Source: Protoeuglena noctilucae (taxonomy: Eukaryota). Taken from it: a DNA stretch of 64,000 nt. The translations under genes were made by a program, and so were the position numbers. The notes beneath the pieces are model-generated. The model had not been told where the DNA came from. It saw only the letters and a program-made list of their open reading frames with translations, and ran no database searches. This document shows, piece after piece, positions 23,973 to 37,332 of this stretch; position 1 is the first letter of the stretch, and each line of letters begins with the position of its first letter. Location of the stretch: positions 248,001 through 312,000 of the forward strand of contig OY253686.1 of NCBI GenBank assembly GCA_958009085.1, read 5' to 3'.

Positions 23973-26900
23973 CTAGACCAGGTTGAGCAAGGCAGTCTGT
24001 ACCCACGGCATGACGCGCCCCACGACGGCCCAGTCCTGCACGTAAGGAGACACGGCCATGACGACGGGCAGGGACGCCTGGAGGAGGGACTTGACCAGAG
24101 AGGCCTTGGTGACGCCCTTGGCCGTGGTGGAGACCTGCGGGCGGCGCCAGCCGAGCAATGCTTTACCCAGGCGCATGCCGCAGCGTGCAAGGGTGACCCT
24201 TCGTCCATCCCAGCAGCAAATCGACTCGCCTTCGCGAAGAGGCGTGTGAGTCCCGTGTTCCCGAGGCCCTCCATGAGCGTCCCGACCGAATCGGCGTTCT
24301 CGTCCGTGAACATCCGCGTGAAGGTGTCTGCCGACTCCTGCAGATGGATGACAACACAAGCACCAACACGTGTTTGCCTATGTTGACGACCCAGCAGAGC
24401 AATACTACCGAAGCCCAGCATCGACGAGTATCTATCGACAGTCAGCATTGATGGGCATCTCGCCTTGATGATGATCGCCATGACGTAGTACTGCCAGAGC
24501 TCGAGCGCCGCATTGTAGGTCGCATTCCAGTTGCCCTGCACGGCGTTGGACAGCAGGAGCAGCGCGGAGCCCATGGCGCCGAAGATGTGCGCCACCACGG
24601 CCCACTTCATCGTCTCCACCAATGAGAAGAGCGTGCCCAGCTGCAGAGAGACGGACGATGGGGGAGGCGGGTGAGTCTGTGTGCCGCAGCAAGGGGCGCC
24701 AGCGATGCTCACAGCATGAAAGTAGGCACAGGTAACTGCACGCTTGGTATAGAGAATTAGATGCCAAGCTCCTTGGTTGGTTTATGGTATATGCCAGCGC
24801 CATACATCCAAATCCCTCGGTGCACGCCACCACCCCCTCGCCTGCGCTTTGGTGAACTTAAACCCCCTGCCGGTGTCCGCCTGCCTCCTCCGCGCCTCCT
24901 CCGCCGCCTCTGACTGGGCCTGGGCCAGGCTGGAGCTCTGCGGGGTGCATGAGGGCAGGCGCGGTTGGGCAAGCGCAGGTGGCGAGGGGTTCGCGTGGGG
25001 CGGCTACAGGGCTGTCATCGCATCGCAAGAAGGCTGATAGATGTACCAAACGTGATGAACCAGCCAGTGACGTTGTTGCAGCTATCATTGACCTGCATTC
25101 AAAGCGCTTGTCGACTGCTTGCACTGGCCCCTCACCTCCATCCAGTCAAAGGCGGCCAGCAGGGGCATGAAGGCGGTGGTGAAACGCGACCGGTTCTCTG
25201 CGAGAAAGCGACAGGATGTGTGCATGAACATGGCCACACCCGGTGGGTAGACACCATAGATACCCGCCAGCAGCACCAGAGACATCACATCATGCCCGAG
25301 CCTTGCCTGGGACGTAGCGGTCGCCCATGCGCGCGGGGCGGTCGTCGTCGCCCTCCCCGTCGCCCCGTGCCCCGTTCCTGGGCCCCGACACCGCCAGGAA
25401 TCGACCCAGGGAGCTGATGGCGCAGAGGACCAGAATGACCTCGGTGATGAGGGGCCAGCGTGCGGAGGCCTGCGGGGGAGAACGACCAATGTTGTTGTGC
25501 GTAAGGGGTAGCAATAAGTCCTGAAGAGGTCATGGGGACTCGTGTTGTGAGTAAGTGGTGGTAGTGACCAGTCCTGAAGGAGCCATGAGGACTCGTAGCA
25601 CTCACGCAAGGGCCTGAGCTCACAGCTAAGCTAACTCACCGTGGAGGTGTGGATAAAGGCGACAGTCACCATGACAGCTGCGAGGTAGCGGAACAGATCT
25701 GCGGTGGAAAGAGAGAGAGTGCCGGTGTAAGCGAACACAGAGGACAAAGAGGAGGAGTCAGAGGAGCTGGGGTAACTGGACAAAGCACATCGTGAAGCCA
25801 GCAGGCCTCGTTGCTGGGGTACCCCACGTGCGCACTATGCATGGCATGGCATGCGTATCCCACACTCAGTCACCGGCCAAATCCATGACACCGTCCAGCA
25901 GGTACCGAATGTCCCCACCGCTGCCCTCGCAGATGAGGCGGAACTTGAGCGCGGAGCTCGAGATGAGGAGGGTCGACACTGCAGTGTGTGGGAAGGAAGC
26001 GTGACTGTTACCGGTGACGGTGCTCTCCCCGCAATGCACCGTGCACCCATCAAAGCCAGCCAGCCACCCACCCACCCACAGGCTGGGTCAGCGTGCCGCC
26101 AACCCAGCCCCCACTCGCCCCACGCACTCACCCAGGTGATTGAGCACCGACGTCGCCCCGTTCGTCAGACCCGTGGCGTTGAGCGACCCCAGCGCCCCCG
26201 CCACCACCAGCGCCAGCGCCGAGCTCCCCGCCGCGAAAAGGAACGACCGAGCGGCGCTGCGCATGCTCGAGGACAGGTCCCGGAACACCTCCCGCTCGTC
26301 GTCGCCAAACTCGTACGGCGCCCCCATCGCCCGACGCGCCATGGCAAGCAGGTCAAACCCACCCCCGCGCTTCTTCCCGTGCCCCCGGTCCTTCCCACTC
26401 TCGCCGTCACCCCCCTTCTCCTTCCCCTTGCTCGCGGCCGCCGGCTCAGGACTGCCCTTCTCGCCTCCCGCCCCTCGCCTCTCCTCACCCTCACCCTCCT
26501 CACCCTCCTGGCCCTCACCCTTGCCCCCGCCCTCCTCCTTCCCTCTATCCTCCTTGCCACCCCCCAGCTTGCTACCCGCCGCTTTCTTCGCGCCCTCCGC
26601 GATACCCTTGGCACCTTCCTTGACCGCCATGCCAGCCACCGCCATCCCATCCCGCATCCGACCCCCGTTCCCCTCGCCCCGGTCCTCCTCGGACCCCTCG
26701 GCGTCGCCATCCCCCTGCCGCTCTCCCTCTTTCCCATCCCCGCCGCTACGACCACCCTCCTGTGTATCGCCGCCCTCACTGCCCCCATCCTCGTCTGTGC
26801 TCTCTGCCTTGCCCCCACGCGCCGCCCGCGCTGCTGCCTGGAACGCCCCGCCCAAGCCCTTCTCGGCCGCTAACTCTAGCACGTTGTCCAACACTGCCTG

Positions 26901-27652
26901 CAGCAGCGAGTGGAATGGGATGGGGTGTTTAAGCAAATACCCACGCGCATGAGGTGCAGCAAAGCCCACAAGCATCACTGAGGCCCTCTAGTCAGGGAAT
27001 GGGCCTGCTGTGCAAGATCCCTGGCTCGATGGAGCCACCTCAGGTCTCGCAGATGCGTCAATGGGATGTGGAGCAACCCATCAGAGCCTCGTGAGCCCCC
27101 CAAGCGCCCAGACGCGAACGCCCAGGTGCGTGACACCTAGACGGTGGCCCATCACAGCCTCACCCGTCTCTCGCCCTCCTCTCCTACCTCCTCCGCTCAC
27201 CGTGCCGCCCTTCGATTCCTCGTCTAAGGCTTTCTCCACGATCGCTGCCACCTCCTCTTCGGTCATGTTCTCGCGCGCCTTCTCGTTCACGGCGGCCATC
27301 AGGCGCTCGCCGATGGAGGCCTCGCCACCACCTTTGTTCCGCGGTTCCTCTCCTTCCCTGAGCGCGAGCCGGGGGGCGCGTTGTCCCTTGCAGCACCCTC
27401 GCAGGTACTCTCCTCGCCCGCCTGCGGCATTGCGCCCCCGCACCCGCCTTCCGACTGCTTAGCCTCCTTATCAGCCTGGTCCTCTCGCTTCTGACGGCAG
27501 ACGACGCTGTGCAGACCGTCGCGCCGCCCGATCGACAGCCGCGAACGCGCCCAAATCTCGGTCGGTCGTGGGCCCGCCGGGAGCGGTCCCCTGCCTGATA
27601 CGCCAGCATGATGGCTTACGGTTGAAGAGAACGATACGGACAATGGCCGCAT
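23973..27652 (-). CDS. Hypothetical multi-pass membrane protein, possibly plastid-targeted, with a two-fold internal repeat
   Basis: Mostly phase-compatible exons. Transit-peptide-like N-terminus, Gly/Glu/Lys low-complexity region and hydrophobic segments. Two similar units: SALKFRLICEGSGGDIRYLLDG and SADTFTRMFTDENADSVGTLMEG. Confidence 0.5.
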
Positions 27653-28173
27653 CGTGCCTGGTAAGCGCCTAGGGAGCGGCAAGACTGCGGATTGATCCCA
27701 ACGGTCTTCGGACCAGCAAATCTCAGCCGCCGGAGCCCAGCGCTTGCGTCAAGATAATCATGTCTGTCCGCCAAGCACTATCGTGAATGTGGACGTGGCC
27801 TGTGCCGGGGAAAATGTCCAGTCAGACCCCGGGGTGGTTCATCTGACAGGGAACGCGAGGCCCATATGATTTGAAATAACTTCCACTCAAAAGCCGACCT
27901 TTCAGTAGTGGGCGAGGGAGCTGGCGAATCCCCATGAAAGTGCTGGAGGTCGCGATCGTGCGACTCGGAGCTCTTTGCCACTCGCTAGACCTCTCACCCC
28001 GCAATTGCTTTGACGACGACCACTGAGGGGGCCTGGCATCTGCCCGCGTCCCCCCCCCGCGCGGCGCTCACCGCGCCCAAGGACCAAGAATTGCCCAGCC
28101 TCTCCTAGCGCCGCCTCCCGTGGATCTGGAGACCCCGTGTCCGATAGCTTGATTCCACGAACACTCGGCGGTG

Positions 28174-31100
28174 ATGCTTCCGCGGCTGCTGGCCGGCGCA
28201 GCGCTCGGCGTCCTCCTCGCCGGTGAGCGGCATGCCCAGGACGCCCCCGCCGCCCCGGGCGCGCCAGCCACCGGGTCCGCGCGGTCACCAGCTCCGCGTC
28301 ATGTAACGAGCTCTTCAAACCCGTCGAGCCGCTTTGTCGCGCCTTCATGCAGATGCCGCCGTGTCGAGTTCGCTGCTGGTGCGGGAAGGGCTGCATGTGG
28401 CCCAGGAGATCCTCTCTGCCGTGGACCTGCCCCTGAGGACGCTGCTCCAGCCTCCACCGGACCAGAACTCCCAGGCGCCGCCGGACGAGGTGAGCTGCGG
28501 CTTGGCATCGGGGGGCATCACGGCACGACAGGCATCCCGCCCGAGGCACGCTCACCACTCTCCCATTCCAGGCCGCGGCTTTGCGGAATCGCGGGCAAGG
28601 TGGCTTGGACCGCATCGTCGGGCGGGATGCGCAAGTGCCCACGTGGCCGAGGCTTTACGACCTCCCCAGAGATGGGGACTTGCGGCACGCATGGAATCCC
28701 TTCCTGAGGTGAGAGACGGTGGCTATGAACGCATTCGATTCAAACACAACAGCCTGGTGTATAGTAATGTGTGTATCGGGCAACGGCGCAAGCGAATGAC
28801 CAGCTGACAATATGCCCGAGGGCCCACAGCACATCAGCAGTGATGACAAGCGTGTCAGCTTCTTCACATCGCAGCGGCCCGGCCACCGTCGCCACGGATG
28901 CGCACGAGCCGCGGATGGCGCCGGTGGCGGACATCGCGGTGCTCTACGCGGACTCAGGGATGCTGCCCCCGCGCACCTTTGGCAAGGCGAGGGGCGGCAC
29001 GCTGCATCCCTTGGTGCTGCGATTGCGGCGATCCATTGACATGGAAGTGGTTTCTGTTGCACCACTTGCTTGACAGCGAATTGGTCCATCTGCCGCTGGT
29101 CACTCTTCCCCCGCACCGCAAGCGCAGTGCGGCCCCTCGGCTTTCCCCGACCTCACGCTGCCCTCGTCGTTCATGGCGCCGACCAACAGCACAGCGAGCG
29201 GGGCTGCGAAGAAGGAGAACGCGTGTTTCACTCTCTGCTGGGAGTCCGGGGTCGCCTGCGAAGGATACTCCGTCTTCAAGCGAGTGTTGCGTCGTGTTGC
29301 ATGACTTGCGCGTCACACCTCAGCTGCGCTCTATCAAGGCTCCCTTCGGCGCCATGCCCCCGCAGTAAGGGAGCTTGCATGGAGTGCTGCGAGGACCTGT
29401 GCCGCAACGCGACGGGGCAGCCGCCGAGGAAGCCAGAGCCGCTGGCCAAGGTGGTGCCCACCACGGCACTCGACGTGCTGGCGAAAGGGGCCCAGCCCGT
29501 CGATCAGGGGCCCGGGAGCGACAGCCAGGTGAGCGTAAGCGTGGAAGCAACGAGATGCATGGCATGTTGAGCACTGGGGCCCTGCCAGTTTCCTGTCATC
29601 TCCCAGCTCTGCCGACTGCGCGCCTGTGCCTCTCGCGAGCAGAAGGCGGCGACCAAGGAGGGCAACGCAGTCCTCGTGGCGGCCATCCTCCGTGGTGACA
29701 TCGACGGCGTCAAGAGCGCAGTGTACGACGACAGCGCGGACCCCAACTCGTGCCTGGGATGCCGCGACGTGGGCGCGCCCTTGGTGACCAAGCGATGTAG
29801 TTGTAGTCGAGTTATGCAGCAATTAGCATGGGACACGAGGCACTGGGACGCGATGGGCACTGCGCACGCCATGCTGAGCAGCCCCACGCCCTGCACCACA
29901 TCAGCCCCGTGCGTTGGCAACCTGGCACGCGGTCCTGGCATGCGTGACTTGCGCCATCCGCAGGAGATCAAGCCGTGCGGGACGTGCTTCAACGGCAGCT
30001 TCGCCGCGCTGCATCTCGTCGCGGAGCAATGGAAGACCAACCCGGGTATTGATCCTGCGACCTGGCCCGCCATGATCGACGTGCTCGTCGCCGACCTGGG
30101 TGCGCAACCCAACCTGCTGGACTACCAGCCTGAGGCAAGAGAGTACGGAGAGCTGCGCCGTCTTCGCTTTGCAAACCCCGCAGGGGTCCTTGTGCATGGT
30201 AGCCCACTGTGATGCTTCAGCGAGCATGGGACCCACATGGAGAGTGCGCCACAGCGAGGCAGACAGCCACACCCCTGCCATGCACACATGGACAGCCTTT
30301 CACACCTGTGTCATATCACCTCGATGCATCGCAGGAGTCCTTGGAGCTGCGGGTGCCGGCCCTGGACTACGCTCTGGCGGCGCACGACGCCAAGTCTGAC
30401 AGGGGGAAAGCCCTACCCGTGGTGGAGGCGCTGATCCACAACGGAGCCGAGGTCAACTTCTCCCGGTGGAACGGGTGGACGCTCCTGATGCTTGCCGCCC
30501 AGAACGTTGCCCTGGGTGGCCCGGAGCTCGTGCAGGTGAGAGGCGCTGATGTGATGGAGAGTGCACGGGTGAGAGAGGTGGAGAAGACGGATGAGTGGGC
30601 ATACAATGGTAGCCAAGGGCGCGTTCTTGGGTGGCAAGGACGCAGGCTCAGCTGCTGGTGTGCTTGGTTGGCATGGGCGGCCTCGCACATCACCCCCGTC
30701 CCGGCTTCATCCCAGGTCTTGGTGCGGCAAGGAGCGGACGTGAACGCCAAGAACGTGCGTGGCTTCACCGCCCTGCACTTGGCCGCCGAGTGCTGGGCTG
30801 CGAGCAACGAGACGTGCGGTGGCGCGGGCGAGGGTGACATAGTCAAGTGGCTGGTGGAGGAAGGCGGCGCAGACCCGGACATCCAGGAGTCGGCGGGGTA
30901 CACGGCGAAGAGCATGATCCAGGAAGCATGTCTGACGCCGCTTCAAGGTGCGTGCAAGTGTCCAAGCGGGACCCTTGGACATGGATGGGGTTGTCCGGAC
31001 GCAAGGGCGTTGTGCAGATGGAACAGATGTGAATAGCGTGTTGTGCAGATGCGAGTGCGTTGTGTCAGCCTTGGATTTGGCGTTTTGGCGAGGGCGCGAG

Positions 31101-31291
31101 GGCTGGCGCGGCGATTGCTCGCAGGGCTCCACGGAGTGACCGACCTCTGTTCTGACGCCGTGCGGCACATGGAGTGCAAGTGGGGCCAGTGCGGGGCGTG
31201 CTGCGACGTGTACCAGTACCTGACGCGAGTGACGGACCCCAGCATCCACTCCTTCGACAGCCGCGTGCTCTGGGACGGCCGGCAGTTCTGA
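28174..31291 (+). CDS. Cys-rich ankyrin-repeat protein B with putative signal peptide
   Basis: MLPRLLAGAALGVLLA; ACFTLCW..ACEG..CMECCEDLC; LIHNGAEVNFSRWNGWTLLMLAA, GADVNAKNVRGFTALHLAA, GADPDIQESAGYTA; C-terminal CKWGQCGACC. Confidence 0.78.
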
Positions 31292-31786
31292 ATGTGCTGT
31301 GGCACATGGCACACACCCTGCGAAGGTGCTGGTGGGTTCCATCGCCACCTTCCCGACCCCAGCCCATCTGGCTACTTCCCACGGCTCGCCACCGCGCCAC
31401 GCAACGCATATGGGCGTGTTGAGCACCGAGCCACGCCCGCCATTCGCATGCCGTGCCCCGCATCGGGACCCCTGTTGTGCGACATGCCACGTGCGATTGG
31501 AATTCAAACTCACGTCCCGATCGCGCCTGCTTTGAACCCGCGCCACCTGCTTCCGCACGATGGTAGGGCGCGCCGCAGCGTGCTGCTTGTTGCGCAAGTT
31601 AGGTGAGGTCCGCCGTGCCGCGCGGTGGCTCCATGCACGGCAAACGGCGCGTCCTATCGAACTAGGCGCAGTTGACGCCGCTGACTGACCCATGTCACGG
31701 GCGGGTGGGAAGGTCCACGAGTTGCCACGGCCCAGCTCACAACGGATGCCCCGAGGGCCGCCCGCTCAGAAGGCCGCCGGTGCCCT

Positions 31787-32525
31787 TCAGAAGATCTTCC
31801 GCTTGCCCCCCTTGACGAGGTCCATCACGGTGTATTGGATCTCTCCCCAGCGGGAGTAGACGAAGTAGGCGACCAGCACCAGCACCATGTACCACACGCG
31901 CTGGGTTGCCGTGGCCTTGTCAAGTTTGTCCTTGGTCCACTGGACCAGCGGCAGCAACGCGCTGCTCCTCGCGCCCTCGGTCGCCCACGACGCGAAGCTG
32001 CGGGCGAGGCCGGGCGCCCAGAACTGGTGAGGCAGGTGTGGCACATGCGCTGTGCGCCAGCCTGGGCGAAGCGACGAGGCGCGCCGCGTGACCCGAGGGC
32101 TACCGAGGGACTTGCGGGACTTGCGGCACATGTTGAGTATCCAGAATGTGGTGTTCGTGCATATCCTCGCCTGACAAGGGACGTCCACCACCGGAGGGCC
32201 CAGGCGATGGGGCGCGCCAGGACCTTGTAATCCGTGAAGAGGTGGACAAGGATGGCGATCGCCAGCGCCCCGCGCAGGTAGGGGATGGCGGGCGCGACGT
32301 AGGCGCGGTACAGGCCCGACGGGGTCCGGACCTCACCCTGCACGATCGCAGAAGCAAGGGCGGTCGCGATTTGGGGTCAAACGCGTCTTTGATGCGCGGA
32401 AAGTTGACAAATGAATCAGCACCTGGGGTTTCTCGTCGCGGACGAGGTCGGGGTAGCGTGGCCGCGGCGCAATTTCCACGGCGACCGTGTCGGTCTTGGG
32501 CGGGGACCAGCAGCACGAGCACATC
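31787..32525 (-). CDS. Small hypothetical membrane protein
   Basis: MCSCC N-terminus, two hydrophobic segments and a C-terminal KRKIF (KxKxx-like). One junction is unresolved. Confidence 0.5.
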
Positions 32526-33435
32526 TCTGCGGCGACGGACGAGACCGACGGGAAGTCGTGCGAGGCAAATGCACACACTCCGCGGCCCACGCTCCGCGGC
32601 CGGGTTCGGGGTCCTTCCCTGGCTCGCAGGCAAGGGATGCGGAGGAGCCGCAGTTGAAAAGCAAGCGCGGGCGCGGTCGGCTGCATGAACTTACTTGATT
32701 CTTTGGGCTGCTATTGGCGCAACCGACGAGCGGCAGGTCTAGCGGAGGGGCCTGTGCGCGGGATCCTGCTCCGGTGCGTTGCGGGCCGGAATCAGCCACG
32801 TCCTGCGAGCGATGTGTACAGATGCTCAGTAACTCGCCGTAATGCGGGAGTGCAAATACTGTCTTCCTCGGGGCGAGCCAGCAAAGCCGCAATTGGCGCC
32901 GGTCAGAGGGCAGAACCACATGCTGAACGATCCAGCATCAAGGCATGGAACCGGAGGCCGATGGCGGGCCAAGGCGCAAGCGGGGTGTCTCAGATGCGCT
33001 AGTGTCGACATCTGCCAGCAACGACGGGCCGCATCGCTGAAGGTGGGGGGTCGACGACTCAGCGACGTAAGCTGCTGTGTTGGGCCCAATCCCATGGACG
33101 GTTCCGCGTGCAAGCACGCTGTCCATCATGCGAACAACGCCACGTCACCGCTCACCGTGGGAGTCTCCCGTTGACCGGGGGGCTGGAGTGGCTTTGATCC
33201 TGCGACCTGCAACAAACCCTTGCTGGACCAAAACACGCGGGCAGCGACGCTGGCAGGGGGATAGGGGCGAATTGGGACACCGCCGTGGCTCCCGCACCTC
33301 GCTTGAAAGGCGAGCCGCGTGCTTGCCAGACTCAGCGACATCTGGCACATCTGTGGGGGCATTAGAGCCCGTTATGCGACTCCTCGACGGCTGTTGTGAG
33401 TACTTGTGTTGGCGTTGTTGCTGTTGGGAGAAGCG

Positions 33436-34448
33436 ATGGCGACCGGGGGCCTCGCACGCCCAGCGCTTCTACAGGCGCGCCTGGGGAAGCCGCTCCGGGG
33501 AACCTATGTGCAGCGAAGATGCGTTTTGGCGGCGTCCACAGCTGCCGGAGAAGCCATCGCACGCGGCAAGGAGCGTTTCAAATCGGTAAGCGATCTACTC
33601 GCGCCTGATGACCTCGATGGTGTGTGTTCGTCGCGATCCTTTCCCCTTTCGCCCCGCGCCGTCACAACGACCCTCCCGGTCGTATCTGCGCCCCAGGGTG
33701 ACATGATGGGGGCACTGAAGGAGTGGGACGCAGGGCTCGCGCAGTCACCCGACGAGGAGCAGAGGCGGGAGCTGCACTTCTCGAGCGCCTGCGTCCACGC
33801 CGCGTTCGGCGACGTGGAGCTCGCTAAGATGTCCGTGCGTGACGCGATCAACGCGGGGCTTGTGTGGGACGAGGCGGTGCGGCGCGAGGGCTACTTGGAG
33901 CTCCAGGTTAGCACATGCAGACCTCCCTGCCCCAGCACCATCGCCTCAGTCCCAGCCGCGCAGGCTTCGAGTAGCTCTGAGCTTCGTGTTTTCCACACAG
34001 GCGTCGACTCAGGTCAAGATCCAGCTGCGCAACTTCGCGGATCAGGTGGCCCGGGGAGCGCGGCGTGCGCGGGAGGCCGAGGCTGCAGGGCCTTTGACCC
34101 CCGCGGCCACCCCTGCGCCACCGCGGCCTCGCGTGTCGGCCAGAACAAGCGTCGAGGAGCTCGTGGGTGCCAAGGTGAAAGGCAGCGGGGTGGTTGGTGG
34201 TTGGTGCGGCCGGGGATCGGGGTTAATGGCGGGGTGGCTGGGCGGGGTATCACGCACCGAGGCTTCCCCCGCGTCCCTGGCGTTGCTGCTGGCGTATCCT
34301 CGACCATTAACAATTTGCCTTCCCGCAGATGGCGGATGGCATGGATGTGAGCGTCGGGGGCGTCGTCCGCCGCGTGGCCTTCCTCCTGGCAGCCCTGATC
34401 GGTCTGGGGGTCGCCCTGTACTTCGCTGGCCTCCAGACACTCGTCTAG
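33436..34448 (+). CDS. TPR-like protein with transit-peptide-like N-terminus and C-terminal TM helix
   Basis: Four GT-AG-joined exons: GKERFKS|GDMMGALKEW...HFSSACVHAAFGDVELA (TPR-like) and VAFLLAALIGLGVALYF (TM). Confidence 0.65.
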
Positions 34449-35229
34449 TCCTGCTGATTTGTATAGACACTGCCCTAGTGTCTACTAGCATCCCATGCAG
34501 TTACGTTCATCGCATCTCGTCGCAACTCCCATGTCAGGCTTGGGCCACCTGTGCAAGCATAGCACGCGTACCCCTCTCAGCCCCGTGTCTCATGCGCAAG
34601 GCTCGTCTTTGCCCCGTTTCAACAATTTGCGGCCATGCACCTCGGCTCACGCATCACCACGCCCGCAACACGCAGCACGTAGTTCGCTCGCCCGTCCAGT
34701 GCCAATGAACCCGACCCATCCAAAACACCACGCTGGGTAACAGGCGCGCCATGCCAGACACTGTCGCTGGCAACCTAGGGCCAGCCTGCTCGCACAGCCC
34801 ACCCTCACACCCTCACAATGTATGGCTCGCAATGCTTTGCGCAAACCGCGCTGCTGAGCCCCGCCCATCCCCCGCTGCAACGCCAGCAAACAACCACCAG
34901 ACCCTCCGTGCGCTGCAAGCCCGCCCAATTCTGTAGTCCCCACATGCAACCAGCCATTCACACACACCCCAAGTCAGTCAGCGCTGCGATCGGCAACAGC
35001 TGCCTGACCCCCCACCGACCCCGACCCCGCCGTCCCGCTCAACCCCGCCACACCCGCACCCGCGGCATGCCCCTCGCGCAAGCCGACTGCCGCCAGCCGA
35101 GCCCCAGCGTGCCACCGCCCATCCGCCCCGGCCGTCGCTCCTCGCGAGCGCCGTCACCCGCGCCCAGGATTCAGCACTGGGACCGGGCGACGGGCGACGG
35201 CCGGGGCGACCCCCACCCCCCGTGCCGCC

Positions 35230-37332
35230 TCATGCCGAGGCCGCGGGCCCCGCGAAAGCGAAGAAGCGCCTCTGCAGGTTGCACCACCACGAGTCCCGGC
35301 GGTCAACAGCGTCGAACGGCACGTAGTTGCGCTCGCGGTCGAAGACGTGCAGCTCCGCGGCGATGGTGCGGAAGAGGCGCCAGTTGAACTTGGCCTCCGT
35401 CATGTACTCGCCCCTGCGGAGGTGGGAGGATGGCAACGGCAGTGACGCTGAAGTGGTGCGGGGTTACTGTCACTGCCGGGTGCTTGCTGGGAAGAGCAAC
35501 CAGCTATGAAAAGCAGCTTCAAATATCAAAAACGAGCATCGAAAAAGCCCACGGACAGTTTCACAGGCCGCCCTCTGCCTCACCAGTTCTGTCGCAGGGA
35601 CTCGTTGGCCTTGCGGAGGTTGTACCAGGGGATCTTGGTGGACACGTGGTGGGGCACGTGGACGCTGATGTCGTGGGTCAGGAACTCGACCCACCCGGGA
35701 AACTCGCAGTGCACCGTGCCTCCCAGCTGCGCCTTGGCCGCATCCCAGTCATCGTCGCGGAAAGGGATGTGGGGCGCCGTGTGGTGGATGACCGTGAAGG
35801 CCGACATCCAGAAGTGGTAGCCCAGCCAGGGCATGAGCCAGTACTTGACCCAGCCCCAGACGCCGAAGTTGGCCACGATCAGCGGGAACGCCACCGCCAT
35901 GAAGGCAAACACGGCCGCCAGCGAGACGATCACGCGGGGCTTCTGCTGCTCCGTGTAGAGGTCGAGGTTGAAGTGCCAGATGAGCTGGTGGCCCACCGAG
36001 GCCCTGCGGTGGGCGGGTAAGCTCACGGGTTGGCACTACGCATCGGCAGACGGCACGCAGTAACACATCGGCATGTCTGGAAGAGACAGGACCCTCACCA
36101 ATACTTGAGGGGCGTGCCGAGGAAGAACTTGAAGAAGGCGCCGGCAACCGGGTTCCAGTTCTTGATCTCGTCGGGCATCACGGGGTGCCACGCTGGGAGC
36201 GGAGGGGACAGGGGCACGCATGGGTGAGGCAAAGAGGGTGAGGCGAGGAGGTGGCGAGGGGTCATCGTGGATGGCACAGCCACAGCCATGCACTTGGTGA
36301 TAGAGAGCCTCCTAACCGAGAAGCAGTGCGGCAGGGCGCAATGGCGACTGACAGCCAGCGTGCGCCACGGTGTGGATTGATGGTTGAGTCGTGTGTAAGC
36401 CTCACCGGTGTCGACGACCAGCTTGTTGGTGAAGGCGTGGTGCTGGTTGTGCTTGATCCTCCAGGGCTCGAAGGGGTAGATGAGCGGGGCGAACATGAGC
36501 GTGCCCACGATGTCTTCGACCAGCTTGTTGCGGTGGAAGCTGCGGTGGCCGCAGTCGTGGCCCACCACGAAAAAGCCCGTGAAGGCGGTGCCGGCAATGA
36601 ACCAGGAGAGGGGGAGGAGGTACCAGGGAGTGACCTGCAAGGGCGATGGGTCGAGCGTGCGGGATGCATGGGGTGCAGCTGCCACCCCTGCAAACCCCGT
36701 CAGCCACCGGCGCCACTCGCGTGTCGTTCGGCATTTGCGATGTCGAGGCAATGGGAAGCGGCATCGACTGAATCTATGCCCCCCGTGGAAGCGTGCCACG
36801 ACGCACATTGCTTCATCTCATGAGGCCGGGCAGGCGCAGTTCTCACCGAAATGAGCCACAGGGAGGCGGCCATGGACACGATGGAGGTCGCCACGGCGCG
36901 CCACGCCTTGCCGTGGTCCAACTCAAAGACCTCGGCCGGCAGGGAGCGCTGCACGTCGCCGAGCGTCACGCTGTCCGGGACCGGCTTGCCGATCTTATCG
37001 TAGCCGTACTTGGCAGCGATCGCCTGGCGCTCCTCATCGGACATCAGCTGGATGCTGCGGGGTAGGAGGCGCGGGCCACAGTAGGGCACCGCTGGGCACC
37101 GCTGGGCCAGCAGCCGGAGACGGGCGGGTGCACGGCCGGATCGCGCGTCGGGTGAGGCGCTCGGGAAAGATCAGACAGCGGCTGGCACGCACGTCGGCCG
37201 GGGCAACGCGCGCGGCCGGCGCGAGGCACTCACTCGACGGGAGGCAGGGGTGCCGCCGCGGCCTGCGCGCGCACGGCGGGGGCGATGCGAGCGCGGAGGG
37301 GGAGAGCAGAGACGCGGGATGCACATGCGCCT
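35230..37332 (-). CDS. FAD6: Plastid omega-6 fatty acid desaturase (first exon/start unresolved, lies further upstream)
   Basis: His boxes HDCGH, HNQHH and [32 protein letters not shown] and KIPWYNLR are typical of FAD6/DesA. Confidence 0.93.

Noticed and set aside
25851..26952. Long plus-strand Pro/Ser-rich ORFs
   Set aside because: Antisense shadows of a Gly/Glu/Lys-rich minus-strand exon.
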